A DNA stretch of 64,000 nt from assembly GCA_964592405.1 (NCBI GenBank), contig CAZQBY010000001.1, positions 18,459 to 82,458 of the forward strand, in the 5' to 3' direction. Source of the stretch: an uncultured archaeon (lineage in GTDB: Archaea > Altiarchaeota > Altiarchaeia > JAFGQM01). The notes under the pieces were generated by a model. The model made no database searches, had not been told where the DNA came from, and was given only the letters and a program-made list of their open reading frames with translations. The translations under genes were made by a program, and so were the position numbers. Shown in pieces: positions 48,557 through 58,167 of this stretch. Every line of letters begins with the position of its first letter. Positions within the stretch are counted from its first letter, which is position 1.

Positions 48557-48681
48557 GGGCCCGTAGCCTAGTCAGGATAGGGCGACAGCCTTCTACGGCC
48601 TTTTCTTCATTTGGGGAAGAACGGTTCGCTAAGAGATCCGGAGAAAGCTGTAGATCGCGGGTTCGAATCCCGCCGGGTCCG
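48557..48681 (+). tRNA. tRNA-Arg(TCT) with 50-nt intron (48596-48645)
   Basis: GGGCCCG/CGGGTCC acceptor; ACAGC-CT-TCT-A|intron|A-GCTGT; BHB helix CTTC/GGAG. Confidence 0.93.
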
Positions 48682-48772
48682 TCCTCATTCTTCTTGGCTT
48701 AGCCTCGGCCGAACCCGGCTTATGTCAGGGAGGGTGGCTAAGCGAGGAACTCCTCGAAATCCTGCCGGATCC
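48682..48772 (+). repeat. tRNA-trailing ~90-bp element (Arg copy)
   Basis: Related to Phe and Thr trailers; ends in AATCCTGCCGGATCC (13/15 match to tRNA 3' end). Confidence 0.7.
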
Positions 48773-48855
48773 ACTTTAAATTCTTAAGCTCTTGTTGTAT
48801 TTTTTTAACTTTGTTGATTTAGCTCAATTCGCTACGTCTTCTAAATTTATAACCG

Positions 48856-49500
48856 TTATAGCTTCTTTGCCACAATAAACCAATAGACGTGAGTATGCGG
48901 ACTTCCGTGTGTATGTTCTTCACTCAATTTTTTTAATTCTATTGTCTCAAAATCTGAAAAATCAGACCTCACTTCATCCTCTTCAAAGAATCTGCCTATT
49001 CTGGCTTTTCGCTTTACGTAGAAGGTGCGTAGAGCTACTTCCTCGCCTTCTCCAAAGGTGGAATCATCTGTTGAGAAAAAGGATTGTATAATCAACCCCC
49101 CCGGTCTAAGGACTCTCTCACATTCCTTTAGGAACTTCCTTCTCACGTCATCCCGGTACAACAAATGCATAAAGAGGTGGCTAAACACAACATCAAATGC
49201 CTGGTCTTGAAAAGGCATATTAGTTGCATCCGCCTTTATGAATGTCCCATCTGGTACAAACTCTTCTGCAAGTTTTATCGCTTCGCCACTTGAATCCAAA
49301 CCTACAACATCAAATCCCTGCTCTATGAAGAATTTGCAATCTCTTCCGTAGCCACAACCAACATCAAGAATTTTGCTCTTCGGTTTTAGATACTTTATAG
49401 ATTCTAAGGCGGTTGGACTTTCTGTTTCGCCCCAAACATAGCCATTCTTCTTAAATCTCCTATCCCACTCTTCAGAACTTTCCATTGTTCTATTAAACAT
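48856..49500 (-). CDS. Class I SAM-dependent methyltransferase
   Basis: ILDVGCGYGR, GLDSS, ADATNMPF, RVLRPGG. Confidence 0.92.
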   Translation of the reverse strand: MFNRTMESSEEWDRRFKKNGYVWGETESPTALESIKYLKPKSKILDVGCGYGRDCKFFIEQGFDVVGLDSSGEAIKLAEEFVPDGTFIKADATNMPFQDQAFDVVFSHLFMHLLYRDDVRRKFLKECERVLRPGGLIIQSFFSTDDSTFGEGEEVALRTFYVKRKARIGRFFEEDEVRSDFSDFETIELKKLSEEHTHGSPHTHVYWFIVAKKL

Positions 49501-49648
49501 TATTTGTCATATCTGGAATAAGAATATCCAAAACACCTCGCAGCACCCTCAACTTTTCGGGGGCGCAACCTTAAACCAAAATTCCGTTTTTAGGCCTACG
49601 CCGGGTCCACACATTTTTTATTCAAGAATCTGCAGTTTACATAACAAG

Positions 49649-50146
49649 ATGTCTCCCAGAAGGCGCCCCCGAAGTCCAGAGGAATTGAAAGCCCTTAGGG
49701 CTAGGTTGGCCGACCGTCTTAGTGAGGGCGATCCTATGTGCAGGATTTGTGAGTTTAAAAGGGTACATCCGATGCCATCCAAATGCAAGATAAGGGGAAA
49801 TCCTGAAATAGCTCCATTTGGCCACGTCCTGGATCCCCTTTCTTGTGTGGGTGTAAGATGCAACCATGGTTTGGAGGCTGCCAGCAGGGCTCTTTCAAAA
49901 GCAAAGAGGGGGGAGATCAAATGGCAGAGAATAAAAACAGATATAGGTGAAGTTGAGGCCGTTCCCTGCCCCACCCATCTTGCCGGCCCGCCGGCCAGTA
50001 ATAAGTCTCATGTAGTCTCTCCAGTTCCAAAAACCGGCTATGTCGATCGGAATGGCCGCCTTTTTGTGGAAACTGAAGCCAAGGGTTTGATATTCAACCA
50101 CCAGACCCTGCCAGATGACAGAAACCCCTTCAAGAAAAAGGACTGA
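49649..50146 (+). CDS. Hypothetical basic Cys/His-rich protein
   Basis: MSPRRRPRS start, CxxC plus further Cys/His. Confidence 0.6.
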   Translation: MSPRRRPRSPEELKALRARLADRLSEGDPMCRICEFKRVHPMPSKCKIRGNPEIAPFGHVLDPLSCVGVRCNHGLEAASRALSKAKRGEIKWQRIKTDIGEVEAVPCPTHLAGPPASNKSHVVSPVPKTGYVDRNGRLFVETEAKGLIFNHQTLPDDRNPFKKKD

Positions 50147-50265
50147 GTGGCCAACCAAAAATCTTTTCTCAGGAGGCGTTTATCTCTCCAGAAATGCACT
50201 GTAGCCCCTGCCAGATGGTTACTGTCTCCGGGAGAACTGCCTGCTGTTCATTCCTAAATCATTAT

Positions 50266-50844
50266 TCATCCTGAAGCCAGAATCAGGAACAGCAGACTCC
50301 CCAGGACTGCATGGCTGAATATGGGCCCCACAAGATTCCGCTCCTTCTCATAGGCCCATCCCCACGCGAAGCCGGCTATGAGGGTCGTCAGCATCACGAT
50401 TCCGACCTGCGGGATTCCTATGAAAAAATGGGAAAGCGAGAAGATGAGTGATACCGTGAAGACGTTCGCCAGGGTCGGCAGGGCCCCTCTGAGGACTCTC
50501 TGCCCATAGCCCCTGAATATGAACTCCTGCGCGGGCACGGAGATGCCCCAGTAGGTCAGATACTCAGGATTCGGCATCTTAAGCCCGTATCCGTTGGCCA
50601 GTGCGAATATCGCCAGCCCCGCGACGCCCGCTATAGTGAAAGGTAGTTGGATCTTGATTGCCGGCCATACCCTCTTGCTGGTTAGACCGAGATTCTCAGG
50701 CCTTTCCCGCCTCCAGTAGTTGAAGAGCGCGATGAAGCCTATCACAGTGCTCATGCTCATGTAATAGTCCGCGCCCCTCAGCAGCATGAAGGCAGAGATT
50801 GCCAGAATCACTGCGATTTCGAAAATCCTGCGGGCAGTATCCAT
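50266..50844 (-). CDS. CPBP (Abi/CAAX) intramembrane protease
   Basis: QEFIFRG, FSLSH, SHAVL. Confidence 0.88.
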   Translation of the reverse strand: MDTARRIFEIAVILAISAFMLLRGADYYMSMSTVIGFIALFNYWRRERPENLGLTSKRVWPAIKIQLPFTIAGVAGLAIFALANGYGLKMPNPEYLTYWGISVPAQEFIFRGYGQRVLRGALPTLANVFTVSLIFSLSHFFIGIPQVGIVMLTTLIAGFAWGWAYEKERNLVGPIFSHAVLGSLLFLILASG

Positions 50845-50988
50845 CTATTATCTTACGTCTGCCGACTGAAAAACCGTTTTTACCGTTAAATAAATTATGC
50901 AGCAGGCAGAGTTATTTAACGGGTCAGGTCAAGTTGAAAGACGCTAGATGAAGACTTGACCTTTTTATGTTCTCTTGCTATAATATCC

Positions 50989-51035
50989 CAGTCAGGCCGG
51001 CGAGTCGCTTATGCAAGCATCGCTCGCCCAGACTG
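50989..51035 (+). other. Structured leader hairpin of tRNA-Trp (core shared with tRNA-Thr leader)
   Basis: CAGTC/GACTG, GGCGAG/CTCGCC, GCTT/AAGC nested stems; 50999-51029 is 27/31 identical to 58595-58625. Confidence 0.75.
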
Positions 51036-51079
51036 TAACGGGGTCGTAGGGTAGTCTGGCATCCTCGCAGGCTCCAGAG

Positions 51080-51188
51080 AACCCCTTTTCTTCAGAAGAA
51101 AAGGTGCGCGAGGTTCGCGAAAGCGAACCCGCGCCCAAGTTCACAAAAGTGAACTTCGGGCTTCACCCCCCTAAAAGAACGGGGTGTT
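51080..51188 (+). repeat. Four-hairpin intron-nested element, copy 1
   Basis: Near-identical to 58705-58808. Confidence 0.92.
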
Positions 51189-51208
51189 TAGCATTTTTAA
51201 TTTTCAGG

Positions 51209-51268
51209 AAGAGGACTTTGGAGCACCGAGCCGCAAATCGCGGTGATGACGAAACGCGGGTATACGCT
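51209..51268 (+). ncRNA. Intron-encoded box C/D guide for tRNA-Trp positions 34 and 39
   Basis: Guide CTTTGGAGC + D' CCGA (5th nt pairs C34); C' GTGATGA; guide GCGGGTAT (5th nt pairs C39); terminal boxes degenerate. Confidence 0.8.
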
Positions 51269-51392
51269 TCGGCATGGAGATACCTGCTGACCCGGGTTCA
51301 AATCCCGGCGACCCCATCCTTACTTATGCTAGAGATAGCTCGGATGTGGTCGCCTTACGTTGGAGCCGTCTGCCTGGCATGTCCATCCCAAC

Positions 51393-51408
51393 ATCCCGGC
51401 GACCCCAT
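51393..51408 (+). repeat. Exact 16-bp duplication of tRNA-Trp 3' end
   Basis: ATCCCGGCGACCCCAT at 51302-51317 and 51393-51408. Confidence 0.9.
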
Positions 51409-52515
51409 TCATCCCAATCTAGGCTCGCACACTATATCGTATAGCTGACCCAGCCTTTTGACCATGACATCTAAGGAGTACTCTTTCTCCACCAGCTTCC
51501 TCCCATGTCTGGCAAGCTTCTTCCTCCTCTTCTTGTCCTCGATGAGCGCATCCACCTTCTCCGCCAGACCATTGGCGTCTCTTGGCTCTATCAGGAATTC
51601 GGGATCTATTACATCTTTAGCGATTCCTGTGTTGGTCGCTATACATGGTGTTCCAGAGGCGAGCGCCTCCAGCAGAACGATACCTTGGGTTTCCATCTCC
51701 GATGGCATAACAAACAAGTCAGCAGCTGCAAAAGCCTGCGGAATCAACTCATCTGGCAGATAGCCTGTGAAGATTATATTTGGCATGTCCCTGCACATTT
51801 TCCTAAGCTTCTCCTCGAGCTCTCCTCTGCCGGAAACAACAAAAACGGCATCAGATTTTGATTCTATAGCCGCGCGAAGGAAAGTTTGTGGGTCTTTCTT
51901 GTGCTCCAAACGCCCAGCAAAGAAGACCATCGGCCTGTCTGGTATTCCATAGCGGTCCCTGAATTGCTGGGAATCAATATCCGGGCTGAATTTTTTTATG
52001 TTAACCCCATTGGGTATTATCTCAATATGTCTTCCAAGCTTTCTTGCCTCCAGCTGGGTCTTCACCCATTCTGAGGTTGCAATAACAACATCACATTTTC
52101 TGTACAAATATATCAGATACTGCCATGTCGGCCATGTTAGCAACCTGCCACCTGCAGAGTCCAGGGGTACCAGTGCTCCGAAGATTGCAGCCGGATCAGT
52201 ATGGAAACTGCCTACCAATGGCTTTCCAAGCCTCTTTGAAATTTTTATTCCATAGTAAAACATCCCATAAGGAGTATGATTATGAATCAGGTCAAAGTCC
52301 CTTGCCTCTTTTTCCAGCCAGCCGGTGTTTAAGGCGATTTTATATTCGGGAAACAGAGGGAATGGAATACCTGATACCCCTGTCACGTCTGGATGCTTTA
52401 TTGGACCAAATATCTGGTCATCCCAACCTTTTTTTGTGTGGTGCAACCCATAGAGGATGGTGGCTATGCCGTTATTATGTGGAATATATGTATCCGTGAA
52501 GTTTGCAATTCTCAT
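51409..52515 (-). CDS. GT4 glycosyltransferase
   Basis: FTDTYIP..NG, IPNGV, PSEMETQGIVLLEALASG. Confidence 0.93.
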   Translation of the reverse strand: MRIANFTDTYIPHNNGIATILYGLHHTKKGWDDQIFGPIKHPDVTGVSGIPFPLFPEYKIALNTGWLEKEARDFDLIHNHTPYGMFYYGIKISKRLGKPLVGSFHTDPAAIFGALVPLDSAGGRLLTWPTWQYLIYLYRKCDVVIATSEWVKTQLEARKLGRHIEIIPNGVNIKKFSPDIDSQQFRDRYGIPDRPMVFFAGRLEHKKDPQTFLRAAIESKSDAVFVVSGRGELEEKLRKMCRDMPNIIFTGYLPDELIPQAFAAADLFVMPSEMETQGIVLLEALASGTPCIATNTGIAKDVIDPEFLIEPRDANGLAEKVDALIEDKKRRKKLARHGRKLVEKEYSLDVMVKRLGQLYDIVCEPRLG

Positions 52516-52520
52516 CTTTC

Positions 52521-53900
52521 TTACGCCACCTCATAGATTTGCGAATCCCCAGAGGAGAAGACAACCGTTCCAATCTCAGAAAATTTGTCTGTATCAAAGC
52601 CGTAATTCCAGACATCCCGCGCATCTACAACGACATAATCCACACCATATCTCCCCAATATGTTGCGCGCCTCTTCCGGATCGCTGGTTTTCAGCACATG
52701 ATACATTCTCTCCCATCTGGTGCTATCAGGTATGCATTCCAGAAACAAATCAAACTCCGTTCTTATTGAGGGAGACATTAGCAGTGTATTTATCGCTCCA
52801 GAGATCTCAGGATTTGCAAGCACTGTGCTGTCTCTAATATGATCCCTTATCCAGTAGATAACAGCCAAGTCATCATTCGAGAGGGCAGGCCTGACCATTG
52901 CCACGGCCAAGAAAGACATAACCAGCATCACCACCAACACAATTATAACATACCTCCTCTCAAGCCTTGCTTCAGGCAGTACAAAGCAGAGGCTAAAGCC
53001 AAAGAGCAGCAGTTGGTCATATGGATGCAGTTGTGGGAATATCAGAGAGAGCAGAAACCCCACAACAGCTAATCCCAATACCACCCTCCAAAACAACATA
53101 TAATCATCATTTCTTTTTCTGAGCCAATAAAGCAGGCCAAAGCCTATCAGAGTAACAAATGGGGCCATGATGAGGAGATAGCCCATGCCTGCGCTGGTCA
53201 CAGATGAGACTGCAGTTGACGGATCAAAACACTTACCTGCCCGACTGAATGATACCAACAACCAAGGGGATACCAGTCCGACACCAATGGTTATGATGAG
53301 TGCCGCATAGAGGAGGGAAAGCCTCCTGCCTCTTCCCAGCTTTATAAGGCTGAAGACTGTAATCACAGCCACTATTGTGAGGCTTATGAAATAGTTGAAG
53401 AGTATGCAAGTAGCCAGTATGCCGCCTCCCAGAATGTATCTGCCTCTGAGGAGACAATAGGCTATCAGTGGGAAGAGCAACAGGCCAAATATCTGCGGGC
53501 TGTCATAGGACTGCGCTGTTATTATCGGATTTAGGGCTGTGAAAGCAGCGCCCAGAACTGCAGCCTCTACGCTGCGGTATTTCCTTATCAGAAAGAAGAT
53601 AGGCAGGATAAGAAGTGCACTCGCCAGAGGCAGTATGTATTTTACCAGTTCAATAGCCGGGATTCCTGATATTATACTCGTATAACCCAACAACAGATGA
53701 TATAACGGCGGATACAGATGAGGTCTCCCTCCTGCTGCATAATCCCAAGATGGGACCCAGCCGGTTTCCGCCACAATCTGTCCTATGCGCGCGTGATATA
53801 TCGAATCAAAATTGACCAGAAAATCGTTGGTCAGTGGGGGGTATATCCGGATGCTCAGACTCAATAAAAACAGGCCTATGATAACATATCTAACCTTCAT
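52521..53900 (-). CDS. Multi-pass GT-C-like membrane protein
   Basis: FDSIYH, YPPLYH, ~10 TM, C-terminal YGVDYVV. Confidence 0.75.
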   Translation of the reverse strand: MKVRYVIIGLFLLSLSIRIYPPLTNDFLVNFDSIYHARIGQIVAETGWVPSWDYAAGGRPHLYPPLYHLLLGYTSIISGIPAIELVKYILPLASALLILPIFFLIRKYRSVEAAVLGAAFTALNPIITAQSYDSPQIFGLLLFPLIAYCLLRGRYILGGGILATCILFNYFISLTIVAVITVFSLIKLGRGRRLSLLYAALIITIGVGLVSPWLLVSFSRAGKCFDPSTAVSSVTSAGMGYLLIMAPFVTLIGFGLLYWLRKRNDDYMLFWRVVLGLAVVGFLLSLIFPQLHPYDQLLLFGFSLCFVLPEARLERRYVIIVLVVMLVMSFLAVAMVRPALSNDDLAVIYWIRDHIRDSTVLANPEISGAINTLLMSPSIRTEFDLFLECIPDSTRWERMYHVLKTSDPEEARNILGRYGVDYVVVDARDVWNYGFDTDKFSEIGTVVFSSGDSQIYEVA

Positions 53901-54891
53901 TGAGAACCACCTCATAGACTTCTTTTAACTGCATGCCCACCTTCTCTAGGGAATGCTCCTTCACACTCTCCAGCCCATTCCTGATCAGGCGTTTCCTCAT
54001 GTTGCCATCCTCAATCAGTTGTCTTAGATAATCCTCAAATTCCTCATCAGTTTTCGCTCGTAGGCAGTCTTTTCCATCACGAGTCCAGTCGCGAAAGACA
54101 GGCAGATCGCGTATCAAAACAGGTCGCCCCATAGCCCAAGCCTCCAGTATGACTATGCCCTGCGTCTCTGCAAGCGATGGAAAAAAGAATATGTCTCCTG
54201 CTGAATAGGCTGCTACTATATTATTGACATAACCAGTAAACCTGACGTTATCCGGCTTGCTTTCTAGGGCTTCATCCAGCTCCTTGTTTCTGGCCAGACC
54301 TCCCCTGAAAACATTGCCAAACCATATGAACTGGTTCTCAAAACTCCGTGCCACTTCTATGAACGTTCTGACACCCTTTCGCATGAAGACATGACCCACG
54401 GAGAAGGGAACCATGCCTTCCATCCCGTATCTCTCCCTGTATTCCTGCCTTTCTCTTTTGCTAAACCTGAATCTGTCCAGGTCAACACCATTGCTCACAG
54501 TTGTTATTGACTGTTTCAGCCCGTATTTCTTAAGCTGGTTTTTTGTGTATTCGCTGGGACAAATTATATGATCAGCCTGACCATAAAAGAATTTGAGATA
54601 TCTCTTGAAAACCGGAGCCAGTGTGTTACTCATAACAAAGCTGTTACGGGTATCCTCCTCCAGTGTGTGGGCATGTATGATAACCTTTCTGCCCTTCTCT
54701 TTGGCTAGTTTGGTGTAGAACAGGGATTTTGGAAATATGGTATTTATATGGAGGATATCATAATCATCCAGCGGGTTTGTAGTGTATTCCACCCCGGCCT
54801 TTTCCAATGCCTTTTTTTGTCTCTCCAGTGCTACCCCTATGCCGCTTCTTCTCAGCAGCAGATTGCCCTCAAGATACAGGCACACCCTCAT
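53890..54891 (-). CDS. GT4 glycosyltransferase
   Basis: SGIG, VSNGVD, FFPSLAETQGIVILEAWA. Confidence 0.93.
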   Translation of the reverse strand: MRVCLYLEGNLLLRRSGIGVALERQKKALEKAGVEYTTNPLDDYDILHINTIFPKSLFYTKLAKEKGRKVIIHAHTLEEDTRNSFVMSNTLAPVFKRYLKFFYGQADHIICPSEYTKNQLKKYGLKQSITTVSNGVDLDRFRFSKRERQEYRERYGMEGMVPFSVGHVFMRKGVRTFIEVARSFENQFIWFGNVFRGGLARNKELDEALESKPDNVRFTGYVNNIVAAYSAGDIFFFPSLAETQGIVILEAWAMGRPVLIRDLPVFRDWTRDGKDCLRAKTDEEFEDYLRQLIEDGNMRKRLIRNGLESVKEHSLEKVGMQLKEVYEVVLNEG

Positions 54892-55987
54892 TTTCTAAAT
54901 CCTCATAAATCCTCACAAGCTTTTTGATAGTATTCTCAATACTGTGCTTCCTTGCATGTTTTTTTGAGGACGATTTTAATCTTCTGAGATTCCTGTAGGA
55001 CATCTCTACTTTTGTCTTTAAGTCGCTCAGATCTCCGGGTTTGTAGTGGTAACCATTAACTCCAGCCTCTATGGTTGTCTTTAGAGCCATTGCATCAGCA
55101 CCCACTGCCGGCGTTCCACAGGCGTTTGCCTCTAAAACTACGAGTCCTTCTGTTTCAGCTGTGGAAGGCAATATCAGAAGATCCAGACAGGAATAAAACT
55201 CCGGTAGCCGGTTCCTCGGAAGAAAACCAAGAAAGCGGACGTTTTTCTTTCCCTCCGCAAGTTTCTTGTACTCTTCATGCTGTTTGCCCCCGCCGACTAT
55301 CAGAATTGTTCCGTCAAATTCGTCAGCAAAATTTATTAAATCCTCCAGACGCTTCTCCCAGGAGTGCCTGCCGGCGAATCCGATAATCCTACCGTCTGGA
55401 ATATCATAGTCACTTTTGAACTGGTCCGTTCTCGTCTCTTTGAAGAAGTCAGTGTCTATTCCATTTGAAAATGCTATTGTTTTGGAGATGTATCTGCCAA
55501 GACGCTCCCTGAGCAGATTTATCAGAACAGGGGATGGAGCAGTTATCAGCTGGCATCTCTCAAGAAGCTCCTTCTCATATCGGTAATAAAATACCTTGAG
55601 TGATGCTTCTACCAAGGGGTTGGAGCTTATCTGCCTGATATAGAGGTCGGGGGGAGTATGGTAGGTCAGCACCCGCGGCACCCTCTGCTTCCTAGCCACG
55701 GCCAGCCCGAGAGTTGCCATGGTGACGAAGCCGTGGAGGTGAACCATCTCCAAATTTTTTTCTATCTTCTTGAAGGAGGGCAGGCCTATCCTGTATCCCT
55801 CATAGAAGAAGAACGGAATGGAGGGGAGCGGAATCTCGTTATGCTGGGGTTTGTAACCCTCATCCTTTGGATAATAAAGGAAGACCTCATGACCCAGCTT
55901 CTCCAGCTCCCGCTTCCAGAGGCTGACCGTGTAGGTAACGCCGTTTATCTGCGGAAAATATGTGTCTGTGAAGAAGCCTATTTTCAT
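54869..55987 (-). CDS. GT4 glycosyltransferase
   Basis: FFTDTYFPQINGV, SNGID, PSTAETEGLVVLEANACG. Confidence 0.93.
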   Translation of the reverse strand: MKIGFFTDTYFPQINGVTYTVSLWKRELEKLGHEVFLYYPKDEGYKPQHNEIPLPSIPFFFYEGYRIGLPSFKKIEKNLEMVHLHGFVTMATLGLAVARKQRVPRVLTYHTPPDLYIRQISSNPLVEASLKVFYYRYEKELLERCQLITAPSPVLINLLRERLGRYISKTIAFSNGIDTDFFKETRTDQFKSDYDIPDGRIIGFAGRHSWEKRLEDLINFADEFDGTILIVGGGKQHEEYKKLAEGKKNVRFLGFLPRNRLPEFYSCLDLLILPSTAETEGLVVLEANACGTPAVGADAMALKTTIEAGVNGYHYKPGDLSDLKTKVEMSYRNLRRLKSSSKKHARKHSIENTIKKLVRIYEDLENEGVPVS

Positions 55988-56000
55988 CTTAAAACATCCC

Positions 56001-56990
56001 CTAAATTATCTTTAAGAGAATGTAAAGCAAGGTCCAGAAGAGAGTGTTGTTGATTACTATCACGAGTATCTTTCGCGAGAGCGCCTTCTCGGTCATCGGC
56101 CCCAGCTTGCTTATGATGAGCTTGGCGAAATCCAGTTTGCCCGATTTGGGGACGTGCAACCTGCCGTCTTTCAAAACGTAGGGTCTCTCCTTCTTCTGGC
56201 TCATGTCCTCCGGATTGGTCTTCAGCTTGAGCAGTATGTCATATATGTGGGGCGCGAACAGCCCTAGGGCCAGATACCACTGATCTATGAAGAGGACCAT
56301 GCAGCCGGCGAAGGCACCGAAGAGGAGTGTGCCGCTGTCGCCGGGGAAGATGCGTGCAGGATAGCGGTTGAAATAAAATAATCCTCCTGCGGCCCCAACC
56401 ATTATCAGACCGAGGATTATAAGCGTGTCAGTATAAATGCGGGAGAAGGTAACCATGATTGTCAGACCTGCCAGCACTATCGTGGAGGATCCTGTCTCCC
56501 AGCCGTTGAGTCCGGCAAAGGAGTTGAACAGCGATGCTGTTGCAAGGATAAGGAAGCTCCCCAAGACCATATAAAGATACAACCCTATACCGCATTCGTT
56601 GATAACCGACGGGAGCACCAGATATGTGAAGGGCAGGGTAAAAATGAAGAGAACAATCGCGCGATTGACAACATATTTTGTCCACCTCTCCTCTCTCTTG
56701 AACAGCCGAAAGCCGTCATCAAAAAAGCCTATTGCGGCAAAGCATGTAGTGGTAAACAGAAATACGTATGCCAGCGGATTTATAACCTCAAAATGTACCA
56801 ACAGCAGGACGGGTATCCATATTCCGGGCAGGATGAGTATGCCACCGGATTCGGGAATGCGGGGTTTATCCCCTTTGTTTATATCCACGCCACTGATACC
56901 AAAAGACAGCATCCTGTCCTTCAGCAGCCGGATCAGGATCAGTACCAGCACAAAAGGGACAGCGAATACTAGGGGGTATGTCCACTCCAT
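56001..56990 (-). CDS. MraY/GPT-family polyprenyl-phosphate HexNAc-1-phosphate transferase (AglH-like)
   Basis: IPESGG, GFFDD, NSFAGLNGWE, NRYPARIFPGDSGT. Confidence 0.87.
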   Translation of the reverse strand: MEWTYPLVFAVPFVLVLILIRLLKDRMLSFGISGVDINKGDKPRIPESGGILILPGIWIPVLLLVHFEVINPLAYVFLFTTTCFAAIGFFDDGFRLFKREERWTKYVVNRAIVLFIFTLPFTYLVLPSVINECGIGLYLYMVLGSFLILATASLFNSFAGLNGWETGSSTIVLAGLTIMVTFSRIYTDTLIILGLIMVGAAGGLFYFNRYPARIFPGDSGTLLFGAFAGCMVLFIDQWYLALGLFAPHIYDILLKLKTNPEDMSQKKERPYVLKDGRLHVPKSGKLDFAKLIISKLGPMTEKALSRKILVIVINNTLFWTLLYILLKII

Positions 56991-57024
56991 GGTTTTGCCT
57001 TATGTCATTATACTCTTCCAAAAA

Positions 57025-58167
57025 TCATTTCATAAGCTCCCTCAGGAGTATTGTCGCATAGGTGCCAGGAGGGAGAACAAATCTTACCTTTATGTTAGAA
57101 TCTTCTTTATTAAAACCAAGAATCATGAAGTCGCTGAACTTGGCAAGACTGCTCCGCATTTCCCCCTCCATGGCCATCTCAGGCATGGAGGGAACCCGAA
57201 ACTGTCCTTTGTGGATTTCTTCTCTTTTGAGTATCTCTTCTGTAACGTTATCTAGTGGTGTAGTATAACCAACAAGCGGTAGCTCTTTTGGCATTTCTCC
57301 AGACCTAAGGTATTCGCTTAATGCAAGATTGAATATATACCCCTGATATGCATGGATAAACATTAGTCTCAGCTTCTTCGGAAGAACCCGCAATGCGCCG
57401 ATGTAGTCTGTAGGCGTTTTTGCCAGATGATTCAATACACTTTTCTCAAAGCCCAGATAGTTGGGGAACTCTTCAAAGGCTTTCTTAAAGTCTCCTGTTT
57501 CCCTCAGCCTTTCCCTGACTGTGGTGGCTTCCTCCGGCTCGTTGCCAGTATCACAGAGAAATGACATGACAGCCTCCTTGAACTCGCCCCCGAGTATATG
57601 CCGGCCTACAAGATGGTTGTTGAGCCGCAGACCAAAGCGTTGCGTGCCGAAGAAGTTGGGCATCTTTCCATCCAGTTGCCTGATGGTTTTCTTTACAAGC
57701 TTGTCAGCATTTTTTGCAACATCGTGGATGATGACCGTAAACCGGTTTCCCTTAAGCATCCCAAGATTGACCGGTCCATCCGAAACGGAAAAGTCGCGCA
57801 GGATTATGTCCCTAATGTGCACTCCTTCTAACCTCTCTTTCGGCACTTTCCATATGGAAACCCTCTGTGCACTGACTGACCGGCGGTCTTTCGTCCCGGC
57901 AAATTTCAGTCGTTTGTGGGAGACTCCGCATGCGCGTGCAATGGCCTTAACTGCACGCATGGTGTCCCAGTTGGTCTTCTCCAGCGTGAAGTGGGTGTAA
58001 TCTCCCTGAGTGTCCTTAAAGCACTGGTTTTTACCCACCTCCAGAATAACTCCCCCAGGGGTTATCTCCTCAACAATAAAATCTCTGGGCTCCCTCTTTA
58101 AGGTCCCGCCTATGCCCTTGGTTTTTGATAAATATGCGAGCAGTCCTACCCTCTCATCAGTGGACAT
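57025..58167 (-). CDS. truD: tRNA pseudouridine(13) synthase
   Basis: DFIVEE, AGTKDR, GNRF, NFFGTQRFG, HAYQ, GTYAT. Confidence 0.95.
   Translation of the reverse strand: MSTDERVGLLAYLSKTKGIGGTLKREPRDFIVEEITPGGVILEVGKNQCFKDTQGDYTHFTLEKTNWDTMRAVKAIARACGVSHKRLKFAGTKDRRSVSAQRVSIWKVPKERLEGVHIRDIILRDFSVSDGPVNLGMLKGNRFTVIIHDVAKNADKLVKKTIRQLDGKMPNFFGTQRFGLRLNNHLVGRHILGGEFKEAVMSFLCDTGNEPEEATTVRERLRETGDFKKAFEEFPNYLGFEKSVLNHLAKTPTDYIGALRVLPKKLRLMFIHAYQGYIFNLALSEYLRSGEMPKELPLVGYTTPLDNVTEEILKREEIHKGQFRVPSMPEMAMEGEMRSSLAKFSDFMILGFNKEDSNIKVRFVLPPGTYATILLRELMK

Larger units (their letters stand above)
51040..51316 (+). tRNA. tRNA-Trp(CCA) with 204-nt intron (51078-51281)
   Basis: GGGGTCG/CGACCCC acceptor; GCAGG-CT-CCA-G|intron|A-CCTGC; helix CTCC/GGAG. 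Confidence 0.92.

Noticed and set aside
51104-51448. 114-aa ORF (and 58559-58822, 58804-59088, 13479-13718) as intron-encoded proteins
   Set aside because: They overlap tRNA exons, have no LAGLIDADG or other motif, and indels between element copies break frame.
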